A DNA stretch of 64,000 bases from Clostridia bacterium (GTDB taxonomy: Bacteria; Bacillota; Clostridia; Oscillospirales; CAG-272). The translations under genes were made by a program, and so were the position numbers. The DNA lies in contig JAFTQX010000001.1 of NCBI GenBank assembly GCA_017462545.1, forward strand, positions 2,380 to 66,379, read 5' to 3'. This document shows positions 34,027-43,445 of this stretch, in pieces (within the stretch, counting starts at the first letter, position 1; every line of letters starts with the position of its first letter). Below the pieces are notes generated by a model. That model was not told where the DNA came from. It made no database searches and was given only the letters and a program-made list of their open reading frames with translations.

Positions 34027-37000
34027 ATGAAAAAACGCATTCTCTCGTTGATTCTCGTGTTGTGCATGCTGCTGCCGATGGTGCCTACCACCCTCTTCGC
34101 GGCAGAGGCAGAGCCCATCGTGTATCAATATGCCGATGTGTACGGGAATTTTAACAAAACAATCTCCGAGACAGTTGCCAACGAGCAGGGACTTGCCGTT
34201 GACAAATATGAGGAGTGGCTGCGTCAAGCAGGCATTTTCGCGATTGACCAGGGCAATTATGACTGGAAGGTGGGTGACTTTGACCCGACCACCGGTGCCT
34301 TGGATCCCTTTGCGCGTGTGGCCTTTTTTGCCAATGACAATAAGACGACCTATAGGCATGATACTACCTGGGCCGTCACCGAGTCGGCATACCAGAAGAT
34401 GGTTGGCGATTACATGACCAGCTACAAGGCAAACGGTAACAAGTACGGTTCTGCCGACATCTGGGGCGGCTATGCGCTCTGCGGGCAGAACAGTTTTACC
34501 GGTCTGACCGCTTCAGGGAGCGGTGGCAAGTATTCTGCCATTGCCTACACAGTCGAGCAAGATGGTGCCTATACCTTCTCTCTTTCTTCGCTGAATGAGA
34601 CGGGTGGCCATACCTTTGCCATCTTTGTGGGCAGCGAGCCTGTTTGGCCTGCCGGTGCAACCGGAACCAAGACTTCTACCTGGTATGCCACCACGAAGGG
34701 CATGAGCATGAATACCGTTAACGCTGCTATGGCAGAGATGGAGGCGGTGAGCGTGCGGAAGGGGCAGACGATTTCTTTCGTCGTTTCTATCGGCACAAGC
34801 GGCAACCCGATGTACGTAGAGCCTGTCGTTACCCGTGTGGGTGACTATGTAGAAAAGCCGGAGATCTTTAAGTACAGCGATGCTGCCGGCAAGTTTACCA
34901 AAACGATCTCCGAGAGCAAGTGTGGCGCAACCGACGCCAACCTGGAGGACGGTTCTTATCTTGCATGGCTGCAGCAGGAGGGCATCTTTGCTGTGAACCA
35001 GGGCAACGCGCCTTGGAAGATCGGTGAGTTGAATCTGACCACCGGCGAACTCGCTCCTTTCTCCCGCGTAGCCTTCTTTGCGGATGATAATGATGATACT
35101 TCTGCTCACAATACTGCGTGGCTCGTCACCGAGGAGACCTATCAGCGTCTCTTACCCGGTTACATCAGCAGCCTGCAGAAGAACACGGGCGGCTTGTACT
35201 ACGGCAGCTCCAGCATTTGGAATGGCGAAGCCCTTTGCGGTATGAGCAGCTTCTATAAGATGGCATCCTCCTCTGCTACCAAGTATTCTGCCATGCAGTT
35301 TACCGCACCGGCAGACGGTGGCTATGCCTTCTCTTTGGCTACCTATTCCAATACCGATTCTCATTATTTCGCCGTGATGGTTGATAACACGGTGGTCTGG
35401 CCGACCGACGCCAAGGCAGACGATAAAACGACCTGGTACGTGGTTACATCCAGTACTACGGCGGCCGAGATCAATGCCGCGCTGTCCGCACTGCCGCTGC
35501 AGCAGCTTTCTGCCGGTCAGACCGTCTCTTATGTAATTGGTAAAAAAGACAAGTCGGATGCCCGTATTGATCTGGCTCCGGTTGTTTCCTACGTGCCGGA
35601 TGGATACGTGTGCATCAATTTGATCGATGAAACGCTCGGCACCTCCAAGACGGTATATCCCGCAATCGGCTCCTCCCTCAAGCTCCCCTATTATGTGGAC
35701 ATCATCGGTTGGGATACGAACGGTGACGGCGAGGTGGATTACCTCAACGGTGCCACCGTGGTCGTTCCCGCTACCGGCGGTAGCTGGAAGGCCGTTTATC
35801 CGCCCACTACCGTATTCAAGAAGGGTGAGAATCACCCGACGTGGGACGCCGAAAATAATAAGGTCGTTTTCTATGACAACTGGGACATTGGCGTCTACAA
35901 TAAGGCGCTCAACGTGTTTATGCCCGTGTACACCTCCAACGGCACCTTCCTGATCAGCGTAGCGGGCGGCCCGTGGAGCGGCAAGGGCTGTGGTCTTTAC
36001 ATGACCAATGATACAACCTCTCCGCACTACGGTCAGATGGCCGTTACCGGCTCGCTTTCAGAGAATAATTATCGCCACTCTATCCGCTATACCGCGCCCT
36101 ACAGCGGCAAGGTGGAGCTGAGCTGGGAGAGCTTTACCGGTATTCGTGAGGTGAATCCCAATGAGGCGGCCTCCAAGATCATCTTTGGCTTTGCCATTTA
36201 TAAGAATGGCGAAAAGATCTGGCCTACCTCCGAGGATTGGAAAATGTATGAAAGCGAAACCACCTATGATGTTGGTGTAGGCGGATCCTTGGATATCGGC
36301 GCGCTGATGGAGGCCGAGGGCATCTTCCCGATCACGGCTGACGTCAACGAGGGCGATCGCATCGAGTTCCGTACCCTGCAGGGCTCCGGTACGGTTTACA
36401 TGATGAAGTCCTCGCCGATGGTTTCTTATCAGTCGGTTACCACCGATTACTATGAGGATACCGTAGGCGGCAGCTCTTATAACCAGGGCGCCGGTATGTA
36501 CTGTATGGATGTTGATGCCCAGACGGGTAAGGTCATCATGCCGGCAGGCTGGTCCTTTGTCGGCTATAAGAATACCGGCTACGGTGTTGACCCGCTGGTG
36601 CTGGATACGCTGGTTGTCGCTTGTGAAGCAGGCACAGCATATACCTACGAGGAAGGCGTGGATATTTATAGCAGATGGGGCGACTCCTGGATCGTAGCTG
36701 CCTCCCGCGTAGGGAAACCCGCCGGTGGTCGTGGCGGTTATCCGGCGATCAACTGGGTGAGCGGTGTAGATGCCCGTTGGGATTACTGGGGCGGTCGCGG
36801 TTGTGTGGTGTCTAACAGCACCTACGATGCCGGCTATCAGTACACCGTTTCAAAGACCGGTTACGTCAATATTTCGATCGATAAGCTGGAGACTCGTGGT
36901 AGCCAAAACCGCTATGCCGCCATCTTTGTAGACGGCGTGATGGTATGGCCTACCGCTGGCGGCAGCTATACAAATAGTGCCGATTGGTGCAACCTGCAGA

Positions 37001-40000
37001 CCTATAAGACGGCAGGCAACACAAGCCGTGAGGATATTGCCCCCAAGCTGGGCGACCTCAGCTATCTGCGTGGCATCTACGTAGAGGCCGGCGATAAGGT
37101 GGAAATGCTCTTCCGTAATACAAGCGAAGGCCATACCGCCCGCGCCTACCTGACGGTAGAGGAGGTTGCGGTTCGTGATACCGCCTCCTATGTTGCCATC
37201 AAGGATGGCGTTGCGCGCATGTATCCCGCTTTGGCCGGTACGACCTTTACCGTACCCACCCACATGGCTCTTGACGGCTTTGGCGGTTGGGATGCAGACG
37301 GCAACGGCAAGCCCGATCTTGCCAACGGCGGCACGGTTCTCGTGGGTGCCAAGCCTACCGTGCTGACTCCCGTTTATAACGATGGCAGCGCTGATCGCTT
37401 TGATCAGAATCTCCCCTATACCTATGACGGTACGACCGTTACCGGCTATGATACCACCAACACCAACTGGCAGATCACCAAGGGTGACTGGAATGTCGAT
37501 TTTGTTGCCAACCCTGATACCAAGCTCACACTCAGCGGCCTGCGTGAGATGAGCAAGCTTTCAAGCGGTATCTTCCAGTATGACGGTGAGGGGCTGTGGG
37601 GCGCAAATGGCGGCGGTATGTATTCTTATCGTAAGTTTGCCGTGCGCGGCTCTGATTCCAAGATCGCCGTTGGTGCCACCTATGTAGCCCCCTACAGCGG
37701 CGTGGTCGACCTCGATTATACCAATGTTGCCGGCCGTTGGGAGATCAATGCCAATGACGGACACGAATATGTGACCGTTGACGGCGTGAAGTATTATGCC
37801 TATTACACAGCCAAGACCGATACGTCTACTGATTATTATTACTTTAAGGATAGAGTAGCGTATTCCCGTACCTTGTCTGAGGGCGGTGCGTACTATGCTT
37901 ATGACGGTACCACCATGACCGAAAAGACTGCCACCGCAGCCGATGCCGGTACAAAGAATGAAGTTTACATGTCTTATCAAACTGGTGCTTACTTTGCCAT
38001 CGTGCTCAACGGTGAGGTGATCTGGCCCTCAAACGGCAAGCCCTTCCACTATCAGAGTGATGACAAGAACAGCCCGTTCAGCCAGTCTGGCGGTGATGAT
38101 ACTGCCCTTGCCAAGATGCGTGCCTATGAGGCGTTCCCCACCAACCTGTATGTCAAGGCAGGGGATAAGATCTCCTTTGTTGCGACTCGCGATCACTGGC
38201 TCTCCAACATGGTATATATGGATCCCGTTGTTACCTATACGGCTGTGTATGAAAAGGTAGAGACCTCTGCCTCTGTCAGCCTTGGGGATAAGTTTGCGGT
38301 TGACTTCATCGCAAGCAATCGTGATCCTCGCGCTACCAAATACGGCGTGGAGATCATCTCCGGTATCTCGGAGGGCATCGTTGCCAAGAACCTTGATGCC
38401 GAGATCACCTACCGTCCCTATCAGATCATTGATGGCACGACCATCTATTTCGCAGAAAAGACCACCAGCCTTGCCGCGATCCTTTCCCTGTATGCCAACG
38501 ATACCACCGGTATAGTTACGGCAGACCAAAAGGCACTGGCCGAGGCACTGCTCCGCTATGGCGCAACGGCTGACAGCTACTTCAACGGGACACCTCTCTC
38601 CGCTGAGGATCTGGCAGCTCTTGCCGGTGTATCGGTGGATACCAGCAAGGAGGCGCAGGAGGTTGGTGCAACGCTTGACCCGAGCGTGACCGAGCGTACC
38701 TATGAGATGACGGCTGTTAAGCTGCTGCTGGAGGACGCCGTTGAGATCAAGGTCTTCTTTAAGGCGCTTTCGGGCGAGGCAGTTACTGATCTTTCGAGCT
38801 TCAAGCTGCTCGTTGCCAACGAATACGGCGTGACCAAGGCACTGGTTGATAGTGGCTTTGTCTACCGTGCGGGCACGGGTGAAAAGGAGATTGGCGCCAG
38901 CTTCTCTGTCCCCGCTACCGAATATAACGAGACACTGTACATCACCCTGCTTTCGGGTAACGCCATGGTCAGCGAGACGCGCACATACAGCGTCAAGACC
39001 TACATTGCCCGTAAATTTGGAACCGAAGAGGGAACCATGGATAACATTCTTCGCGCCATTACCGATGTGGCGAACAAGGCAAGCAAGATTCGCACGCAGA
39101 TTGTCGCTGCTACCGATACCACGACCTATAAGTACTGCGGCACCTGGGAGCCGAGCGGCACGAGCATGATCTCGCATTGGAACGAGTCTTACGTGGAGGT
39201 AGACTTCTATGGCACGAGTGTCACGCCCGTGTTTGGGAAGTCTTCGCCCATCAAGTATTCGATCGATGGCGGCAGCTACACCTCCACTACCGCAAACGGT
39301 GAATTGACCATCACGGCAGCGACCGATGGCAAGCACACCCTGCGCATCAAGACGCAGGGGCGCGGCAGTAACGTCTATTTTGCCGGTGTCAAGACCGAAT
39401 CCAAGCTGCTGCTCTCCCGTACAGCAGAGAAGGAGCATTATATCCACTTTATCGGTGACTCGATCTCGGATGATGGCAACAGCTTCTCTCGCCGCGTGGG
39501 CGATGTTCTCGGTTGGGACTACGCCACCACCGCCGTTGCCGGCATGGCGCTGGAGACCAACTACGGCTATTGGAAGAACAATAACCCTGCCATGTACGCA
39601 GAGCTGGGTATTAATGTCGGTATGGAGGATGCCTTCTTCAAGTACGGTCACCCGACCGATTCTTGGACCGGTGAAACAAGAGCGAAGTACCTCAACTACT
39701 ATACCGATTCCTCTCTCAACAATACCTACGAGACAGGCTATGCGCCGGATATCGTCTTTATCTTCCTTGGCACGAATGATGAGCTGGGTAAGGATACCGA
39801 TGCAACCCGCTTCACCGAGGCGTATGTGCAGTTTGTAGAAAATATTCTGGCCGTTTACGGTGCGGATACCGAGATCTGGGCATTGCAGGCACTCACCAAC
39901 TCGCAACCTACCATCAATGAAGCGTCCCCGCGTTTCACCTGCATCCGTGCCGCCGCAAACGCGCTCAAGGCCAAGTATGGTGATCAGATCAACTTCATTG

Positions 40001-40137
40001 ATTATGATGTTATCAAGACCTGGGGTGTGCAGATCAGCTCGGATAATACCCATCCCACGTTAGCCGGCTACAACACACTGACCAATGAGATCTCGGCGAT
40101 TCTTAAGGCATTTTATGAGGGGAAGGAGGAGGAATGA
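34027..40137 (+). CDS. Giant secreted multi-repeat protein with a C-terminal SGNH/GDSL esterase domain (paralog of 9816-15899)
   Basis: Start moved to ATG 34027 (signal MKKRILSLILVLCMLLPMVPTTLFAAEAE); 2036 aa. Five modules (FAIFVGSEPVWP, FAVMVDNTVVWP, FAIYKNGEKIWP, AAIFVDGVMVWP, FAIVLNGEVIWP) at ~34530-34790, 35284-35541, 36075-36380, 36829-37117 and 37669-38190. SGNH domain ~39430-40125 (GDS 39454-39462, GTND, DNTH). Confidence 0.9.
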   Translation: MKKRILSLILVLCMLLPMVPTTLFAAEAEPIVYQYADVYGNFNKTISETVANEQGLAVDKYEEWLRQAGIFAIDQGNYDWKVGDFDPTTGALDPFARVAFFANDNKTTYRHDTTWAVTESAYQKMVGDYMTSYKANGNKYGSADIWGGYALCGQNSFTGLTASGSGGKYSAIAYTVEQDGAYTFSLSSLNETGGHTFAIFVGSEPVWPAGATGTKTSTWYATTKGMSMNTVNAAMAEMEAVSVRKGQTISFVVSIGTSGNPMYVEPVVTRVGDYVEKPEIFKYSDAAGKFTKTISESKCGATDANLEDGSYLAWLQQEGIFAVNQGNAPWKIGELNLTTGELAPFSRVAFFADDNDDTSAHNTAWLVTEETYQRLLPGYISSLQKNTGGLYYGSSSIWNGEALCGMSSFYKMASSSATKYSAMQFTAPADGGYAFSLATYSNTDSHYFAVMVDNTVVWPTDAKADDKTTWYVVTSSTTAAEINAALSALPLQQLSAGQTVSYVIGKKDKSDARIDLAPVVSYVPDGYVCINLIDETLGTSKTVYPAIGSSLKLPYYVDIIGWDTNGDGEVDYLNGATVVVPATGGSWKAVYPPTTVFKKGENHPTWDAENNKVVFYDNWDIGVYNKALNVFMPVYTSNGTFLISVAGGPWSGKGCGLYMTNDTTSPHYGQMAVTGSLSENNYRHSIRYTAPYSGKVELSWESFTGIREVNPNEAASKIIFGFAIYKNGEKIWPTSEDWKMYESETTYDVGVGGSLDIGALMEAEGIFPITADVNEGDRIEFRTLQGSGTVYMMKSSPMVSYQSVTTDYYEDTVGGSSYNQGAGMYCMDVDAQTGKVIMPAGWSFVGYKNTGYGVDPLVLDTLVVACEAGTAYTYEEGVDIYSRWGDSWIVAASRVGKPAGGRGGYPAINWVSGVDARWDYWGGRGCVVSNSTYDAGYQYTVSKTGYVNISIDKLETRGSQNRYAAIFVDGVMVWPTAGGSYTNSADWCNLQTYKTAGNTSREDIAPKLGDLSYLRGIYVEAGDKVEMLFRNTSEGHTARAYLTVEEVAVRDTASYVAIKDGVARMYPALAGTTFTVPTHMALDGFGGWDADGNGKPDLANGGTVLVGAKPTVLTPVYNDGSADRFDQNLPYTYDGTTVTGYDTTNTNWQITKGDWNVDFVANPDTKLTLSGLREMSKLSSGIFQYDGEGLWGANGGGMYSYRKFAVRGSDSKIAVGATYVAPYSGVVDLDYTNVAGRWEINANDGHEYVTVDGVKYYAYYTAKTDTSTDYYYFKDRVAYSRTLSEGGAYYAYDGTTMTEKTATAADAGTKNEVYMSYQTGAYFAIVLNGEVIWPSNGKPFHYQSDDKNSPFSQSGGDDTALAKMRAYEAFPTNLYVKAGDKISFVATRDHWLSNMVYMDPVVTYTAVYEKVETSASVSLGDKFAVDFIASNRDPRATKYGVEIISGISEGIVAKNLDAEITYRPYQIIDGTTIYFAEKTTSLAAILSLYANDTTGIVTADQKALAEALLRYGATADSYFNGTPLSAEDLAALAGVSVDTSKEAQEVGATLDPSVTERTYEMTAVKLLLEDAVEIKVFFKALSGEAVTDLSSFKLLVANEYGVTKALVDSGFVYRAGTGEKEIGASFSVPATEYNETLYITLLSGNAMVSETRTYSVKTYIARKFGTEEGTMDNILRAITDVANKASKIRTQIVAATDTTTYKYCGTWEPSGTSMISHWNESYVEVDFYGTSVTPVFGKSSPIKYSIDGGSYTSTTANGELTITAATDGKHTLRIKTQGRGSNVYFAGVKTESKLLLSRTAEKEHYIHFIGDSISDDGNSFSRRVGDVLGWDYATTAVAGMALETNYGYWKNNNPAMYAELGINVGMEDAFFKYGHPTDSWTGETRAKYLNYYTDSSLNNTYETGYAPDIVFIFLGTNDELGKDTDATRFTEAYVQFVENILAVYGADTEIWALQALTNSQPTINEASPRFTCIRAAANALKAKYGDQINFIDYDVIKTWGVQISSDNTHPTLAGYNTLTNEISAILKAFYEGKEEE

Positions 40138-40250
40138 TGACCTACGAAGCACCGCTTTGTGAGATTCTCATTTTCCCCGCAGACCTTCTGATGGCCTCGG
40201 ATGAAAATGAGCTGGCTATTGATAAGCTCTCCTCTATCTTTGATTTCTAA
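40134..40250 (+). CDS. 38-aa micro-protein coupled to giant gene 2 (MMTYEAPLCEILIFPADLLMASDENELAIDKLSSIFDF)
   Basis: ATG 40134 overlaps the TGA of the giant gene (ATGA), with SD GGAAGGAGGAGG just upstream. TAA at 40248-40250, then a terminator. Paralog of 15905-16021. Confidence 0.75.
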   Translation: MMTYEAPLCEILIFPADLLMASDENELAIDKLSSIFDF

Positions 40251-40260
40251 AGATAACGAA

Positions 40261-40288
40261 AGGCCGCCCGAATCGGGCGGCCTTTTTA
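40261..40288. terminator. Bidirectional intrinsic terminator
   Basis: AGGCCGCCCG-AAT-CGGGCGGCCT followed by TTTTT, between the convergent micro-ORF and GH35 gene. Confidence 0.8.
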
Positions 40289-40297
40289 CTTGCCGTT

Positions 40298-42427
40298 TTA
40301 TATGGTATCAACTGCCACGGTATGGCGCAAGATCACGCGTGCGTCGTTCAGGCGGCAGCCCTTTGCCCGCTTGATGTCAAAGTAGCGGGGCGTTTCATCG
40401 TCGGTCAGTACCAGACGAAGAGAAACTGGGTTGCCGAGCATCGCAAGCGAGGGGCAGTAGGGAAGACCGGTGGTGATCCAGTCAGAGACCAAAAGCCCAT
40501 CCTCATCGTACAAATAGGCCTTATCACCCGTGTAGTCGATGAGCAGCATATGCTCGCCATCCTCGGAGTAGACAGGGGTCAGCAGATAGCTGCCGTCTGC
40601 CTGCTGCGCAACGGTGCAGCTGCCGCTGTATTCGCCGCTCTCGGCCTCTAAATACAGCACAGTCGGCTCGCCGCTTGCACCGTAAATGGTCACGCGGGTA
40701 TCCTTTACGATCTCGGCGTAAACGGTGCCCTCCTTCTCGTAGAGCGCACAGTCGGCAATGTACAGCTTATCACCAAAGCGATAGGCATGGCGCGAGTCCT
40801 TCTCCGAGAGGGTAATGATGTCGGGCAGGCTGGCCAGCGTGTCGCAGCCGCTGCTTGCAAATTCATAGATCGGCAGATCATCGGTGTAGAAGAAGTACCG
40901 GTTGCCGATGGCGGTCAGCGGGGTGGCGTTGGTGCGCTTTAAGATGGCCTTGCCAAGCGGCAGGTTGTAGGGCAGAATGTAGGTGTCGCCATCCTTGATG
41001 TCAAGCGGCAGGGTGTGAATGGTTTCGCCCGGCAGGCAAAGCTCCATGGAAAACTGCGGGTGCTCACGCAGCGTGCGCTTGCGCAGATAGTTGTTGATAA
41101 AGACAAAGCCGCAGCCGCTTTCGCTTTCGTGCCGCACAGAAAGGCGGATCGTCTCGCAGTCGCCTGCCTCCTTACAGCTGAAGGGCGGGATGTAGGTGTA
41201 GGAGCGCGCGATGATCTCTCCCCAGGTGTGCAAAAAGAGATGAAGACGGCGGGTCAGACCGTAGCTTTCACGCGGCATGCCCCATTCGCCAAGCGGGGCT
41301 TGGAAATCGTAAGAGCGAACGGGCAGGTCGTTCGGGTAGCCGGTATCGCGGCTTTCCTGCATGGTGGTCAGGCGGCCGATGGGATTGGTGCCGCCGTGGT
41401 ACATATAATAGCCAAGCAGGTTCGCGCCGGAGCCCAATTTGCAGAGACTTAGCGAGGCAATATCCTTGCCATAAGCTACCACACGACGGTGATCGGTAGG
41501 CTGCATGCCGCCACCCAGCTCGGCCGTCAGGTAGGGGTAGCGTTTTACGTCACAGGTGTATTCAAATTTTTGGGCAGATGACGAGCCGTCCTGCAGGTCA
41601 GAGCCAATGTTGGGGTCGTTCAGGGCGGGCTGCAGCGTAAAGCCGGGGTTTTCGGGCAGCTCGTTGATATGCTCGGCCCACGGGGCATCGCAGTAGCCGC
41701 CAAACATGGGCAGGGCCTCATTATCCGGTACGGCCGCGCCGCCCCAGCCGGTGGCGGTATAAATCGGCACGCGCAGGCCGTGCTCCAGCAGCATCTTCTT
41801 CAAGGTCAGCATGTGGCGCATGCGGCTGGGGGTGTCCGGCTCGCAGCGGTAGTATTCGTTCTCGATCTGAATGGCCACCACAGGACCGCCCTGCTCCCAC
41901 AAGAGCCCCTTGGTATGTGCGGCGATCTTCTCAAAATACTTGTCCACATAACCAAGATAGCGGGGATTGTTGGAGCGGAGCTTGTTACCGGTAACGCCGA
42001 GAACAGCATCCTTGTCCCCCTCGTCACGCAGCCAGTCCGGCAGACCGCCGTTGCGGCATTCGCCGTGTGCCCAAGGGCCAACGCGCAGGCAAACGTACAG
42101 TCCGTGCTTGCCGCAAAGCTCCACAAAGCGGCGCAGGTCGCAGTTGCCTTCAAAATTCCAAACGCCTTCTTCTTCCTCATGGTGGATCCAGAAAATATAG
42201 GAGGCAATGATCTCTACTCCGCCTGCCTTCATTTTTAAGATTTCGCGCTCCCACTCCTCGCAGGAATAGCGGGAAAAGTGAAATTCGCCCATGATCGGGT
42301 ACCAGGGCTTGTCGTTTTTCAAAAAATAGTGGTTGTTGACCGAAATGGTATCGCCGTTTGGTGCCTTTCCGTAAAAGGGCAGCGTCTCAAGGGCAACCTG
42401 CTTCGGCGTCATTTCAAAATGATACAT
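40298..42427 (-). CDS. Beta-galactosidase, glycoside hydrolase family 35
   Basis: 709 aa with GEFHFSRY, GPWAHGECRNGGLPDWL and IQIENEY blocks. No signal peptide. Confidence 0.85.
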   Translation of the reverse strand: MYHFEMTPKQVALETLPFYGKAPNGDTISVNNHYFLKNDKPWYPIMGEFHFSRYSCEEWEREILKMKAGGVEIIASYIFWIHHEEEEGVWNFEGNCDLRRFVELCGKHGLYVCLRVGPWAHGECRNGGLPDWLRDEGDKDAVLGVTGNKLRSNNPRYLGYVDKYFEKIAAHTKGLLWEQGGPVVAIQIENEYYRCEPDTPSRMRHMLTLKKMLLEHGLRVPIYTATGWGGAAVPDNEALPMFGGYCDAPWAEHINELPENPGFTLQPALNDPNIGSDLQDGSSSAQKFEYTCDVKRYPYLTAELGGGMQPTDHRRVVAYGKDIASLSLCKLGSGANLLGYYMYHGGTNPIGRLTTMQESRDTGYPNDLPVRSYDFQAPLGEWGMPRESYGLTRRLHLFLHTWGEIIARSYTYIPPFSCKEAGDCETIRLSVRHESESGCGFVFINNYLRKRTLREHPQFSMELCLPGETIHTLPLDIKDGDTYILPYNLPLGKAILKRTNATPLTAIGNRYFFYTDDLPIYEFASSGCDTLASLPDIITLSEKDSRHAYRFGDKLYIADCALYEKEGTVYAEIVKDTRVTIYGASGEPTVLYLEAESGEYSGSCTVAQQADGSYLLTPVYSEDGEHMLLIDYTGDKAYLYDEDGLLVSDWITTGLPYCPSLAMLGNPVSLRLVLTDDETPRYFDIKRAKGCRLNDARVILRHTVAVDTI

Positions 42428-42457
42428 ATCCTGTCTCCTTTGTTGTGATACAGTATT

Positions 42458-42486
42458 ATTATATTGTATTTTTCATCGGTTGTCAA
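42458..42486 (-). promoter_or_regulatory. Promoter of the GH35 gene
   Basis: On the minus strand: TTGACA (42486-42481), 17-nt spacer, TATAAT (42463-42458). Confidence 0.65.
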
Positions 42487-42525
42487 TGAAAATATCTTGC
42501 AAGAACTATAATGATCTTGCATAAA

Positions 42526-42554
42526 GGAAGGGGCTGATACCATCAGCCCCTTCC
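42526..42554 (-). terminator. Hairpin immediately after the sigG stop
   Basis: GGAAGGGGCTGAT-ACC-ATCAGCCCCTTCC. The U-tract on the minus strand is weak. Confidence 0.5.
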
Positions 42555-42555
42555 T

Positions 42556-43329
42556 CTATAACTGCTTTCTGATGCGCTCTAACGCGGATTTTTCCAGCCG
42601 CGAGACCTGCGCCTGCGAGATGCCGATCTCGGAGGCGATCTCCATTTGCGTTTTGCCGCGGTAAAAGCGCATTTCGATAATGGCGCGCTCGCGCTCGCCA
42701 AGGCGTTTCATCGCCTCGCGCAGGGCAATGTCCTCAATCCACGCTTCATCGCTGCTGTCGCGGTCGCAAAGCTGATCGATCACATAGATAGAATCCTCGC
42801 CGTCGTTGTAAACCGATTCGTAAAGGGAAACAGGCTCTACAATGGCCTCCATCGCGGCCGAGACCGCGCTTTTTTCCTCTCCCAGCTCTCGCGAAATCTC
42901 CTCTACGCTGGGATCTCGCAGGCTGGCGCGTGCCAGCTTATCCCGTGCCTGTAGGGCGCGGTAGGCCAGGTCACGCGTGGAGCGACTGACGCGAATGGAG
43001 TTGTTATCCCGCAAATAACGCCGTACCTCACCAATAATCATGGGCACGGCGTAGGTGCTGAATTTCACGTCTAAATCGGTATTAAAGTTGTCAATGGCCT
43101 TGATGAGCCCAATGCAGCCTACTTGAAACAGGTCGTCCAGGTTTTCCCGTCGCCCGGAAAAGCGTTGTACGATGCTCAGCACCAAGCGCAGATTCCCGCA
43201 AATCAGCTCGCGCCGTGCGTCCGTATCCCCCGTTCGCACGCGCAGCAGCAGACTGCGCTTTTCTTCTTCTGTCAAAACGCGCAGGGTCGCCGTATTGACC
43301 CCGCAAATTTCCACTTTATGATAATACAT
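42556..43329 (-). CDS. sigG: Sporulation sigma factor SigG (sigma-70 family, forespore type)
   Basis: Start moved to ATG 43329. KVEICGVNTATLRVL...GNLRLVLSIVQRF...DDLFQVGCIGLIKAIDNF...FSTYAVPMIIGEVRRYLRDNNSIRVSRS is a SigG-type sequence. TAG stop. Confidence 0.8.
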   Translation of the reverse strand: MYYHKVEICGVNTATLRVLTEEEKRSLLLRVRTGDTDARRELICGNLRLVLSIVQRFSGRRENLDDLFQVGCIGLIKAIDNFNTDLDVKFSTYAVPMIIGEVRRYLRDNNSIRVSRSTRDLAYRALQARDKLARASLRDPSVEEISRELGEEKSAVSAAMEAIVEPVSLYESVYNDGEDSIYVIDQLCDRDSSDEAWIEDIALREAMKRLGERERAIIEMRFYRGKTQMEIASEIGISQAQVSRLEKSALERIRKQL

Positions 43330-43356
43330 GCCACCCTCCTTTTTCGGGAGTAATGG

Positions 43357-43388
43357 GAGTATTGCCGCAGGTGCGGTGGGCTTATGCA
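43357..43388 (-). promoter_or_regulatory. Possible forespore (sigma-F/G-type) promoter of sigG
   Basis: On the minus strand: TGCATA (43388-43383), 16-nt spacer, GGCAATACTC (43366-43357). The consensus is WGCATA ... GGnnAnAHTW, and the spacer is about 1 nt long. Confidence 0.3.
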
Positions 43389-43408
43389 GGTCAAAAATTG
43401 GAAACAGA

Positions 43409-43442
43409 AATCGGCAACAGACACGCGGGTCTGTTGCCGATT
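43409..43442 (-). terminator. Intrinsic terminator after the GH43 gene
   Basis: AATCGGCAACAGAC-ACGCGG-GTCTGTTGCCGATT with a T-rich run following on the minus strand. Confidence 0.7.
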
Positions 43443-43445
43443 GAT

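Noticed and set aside
38029-40053. 674-aa minus-strand ORF antisense to giant gene 2. The ORFs at 35152-36027 and 34513-35109 are the same kind.
   Set aside because: Same reasoning: antisense shadow ORFs of a GC-rich coding region with no motifs.
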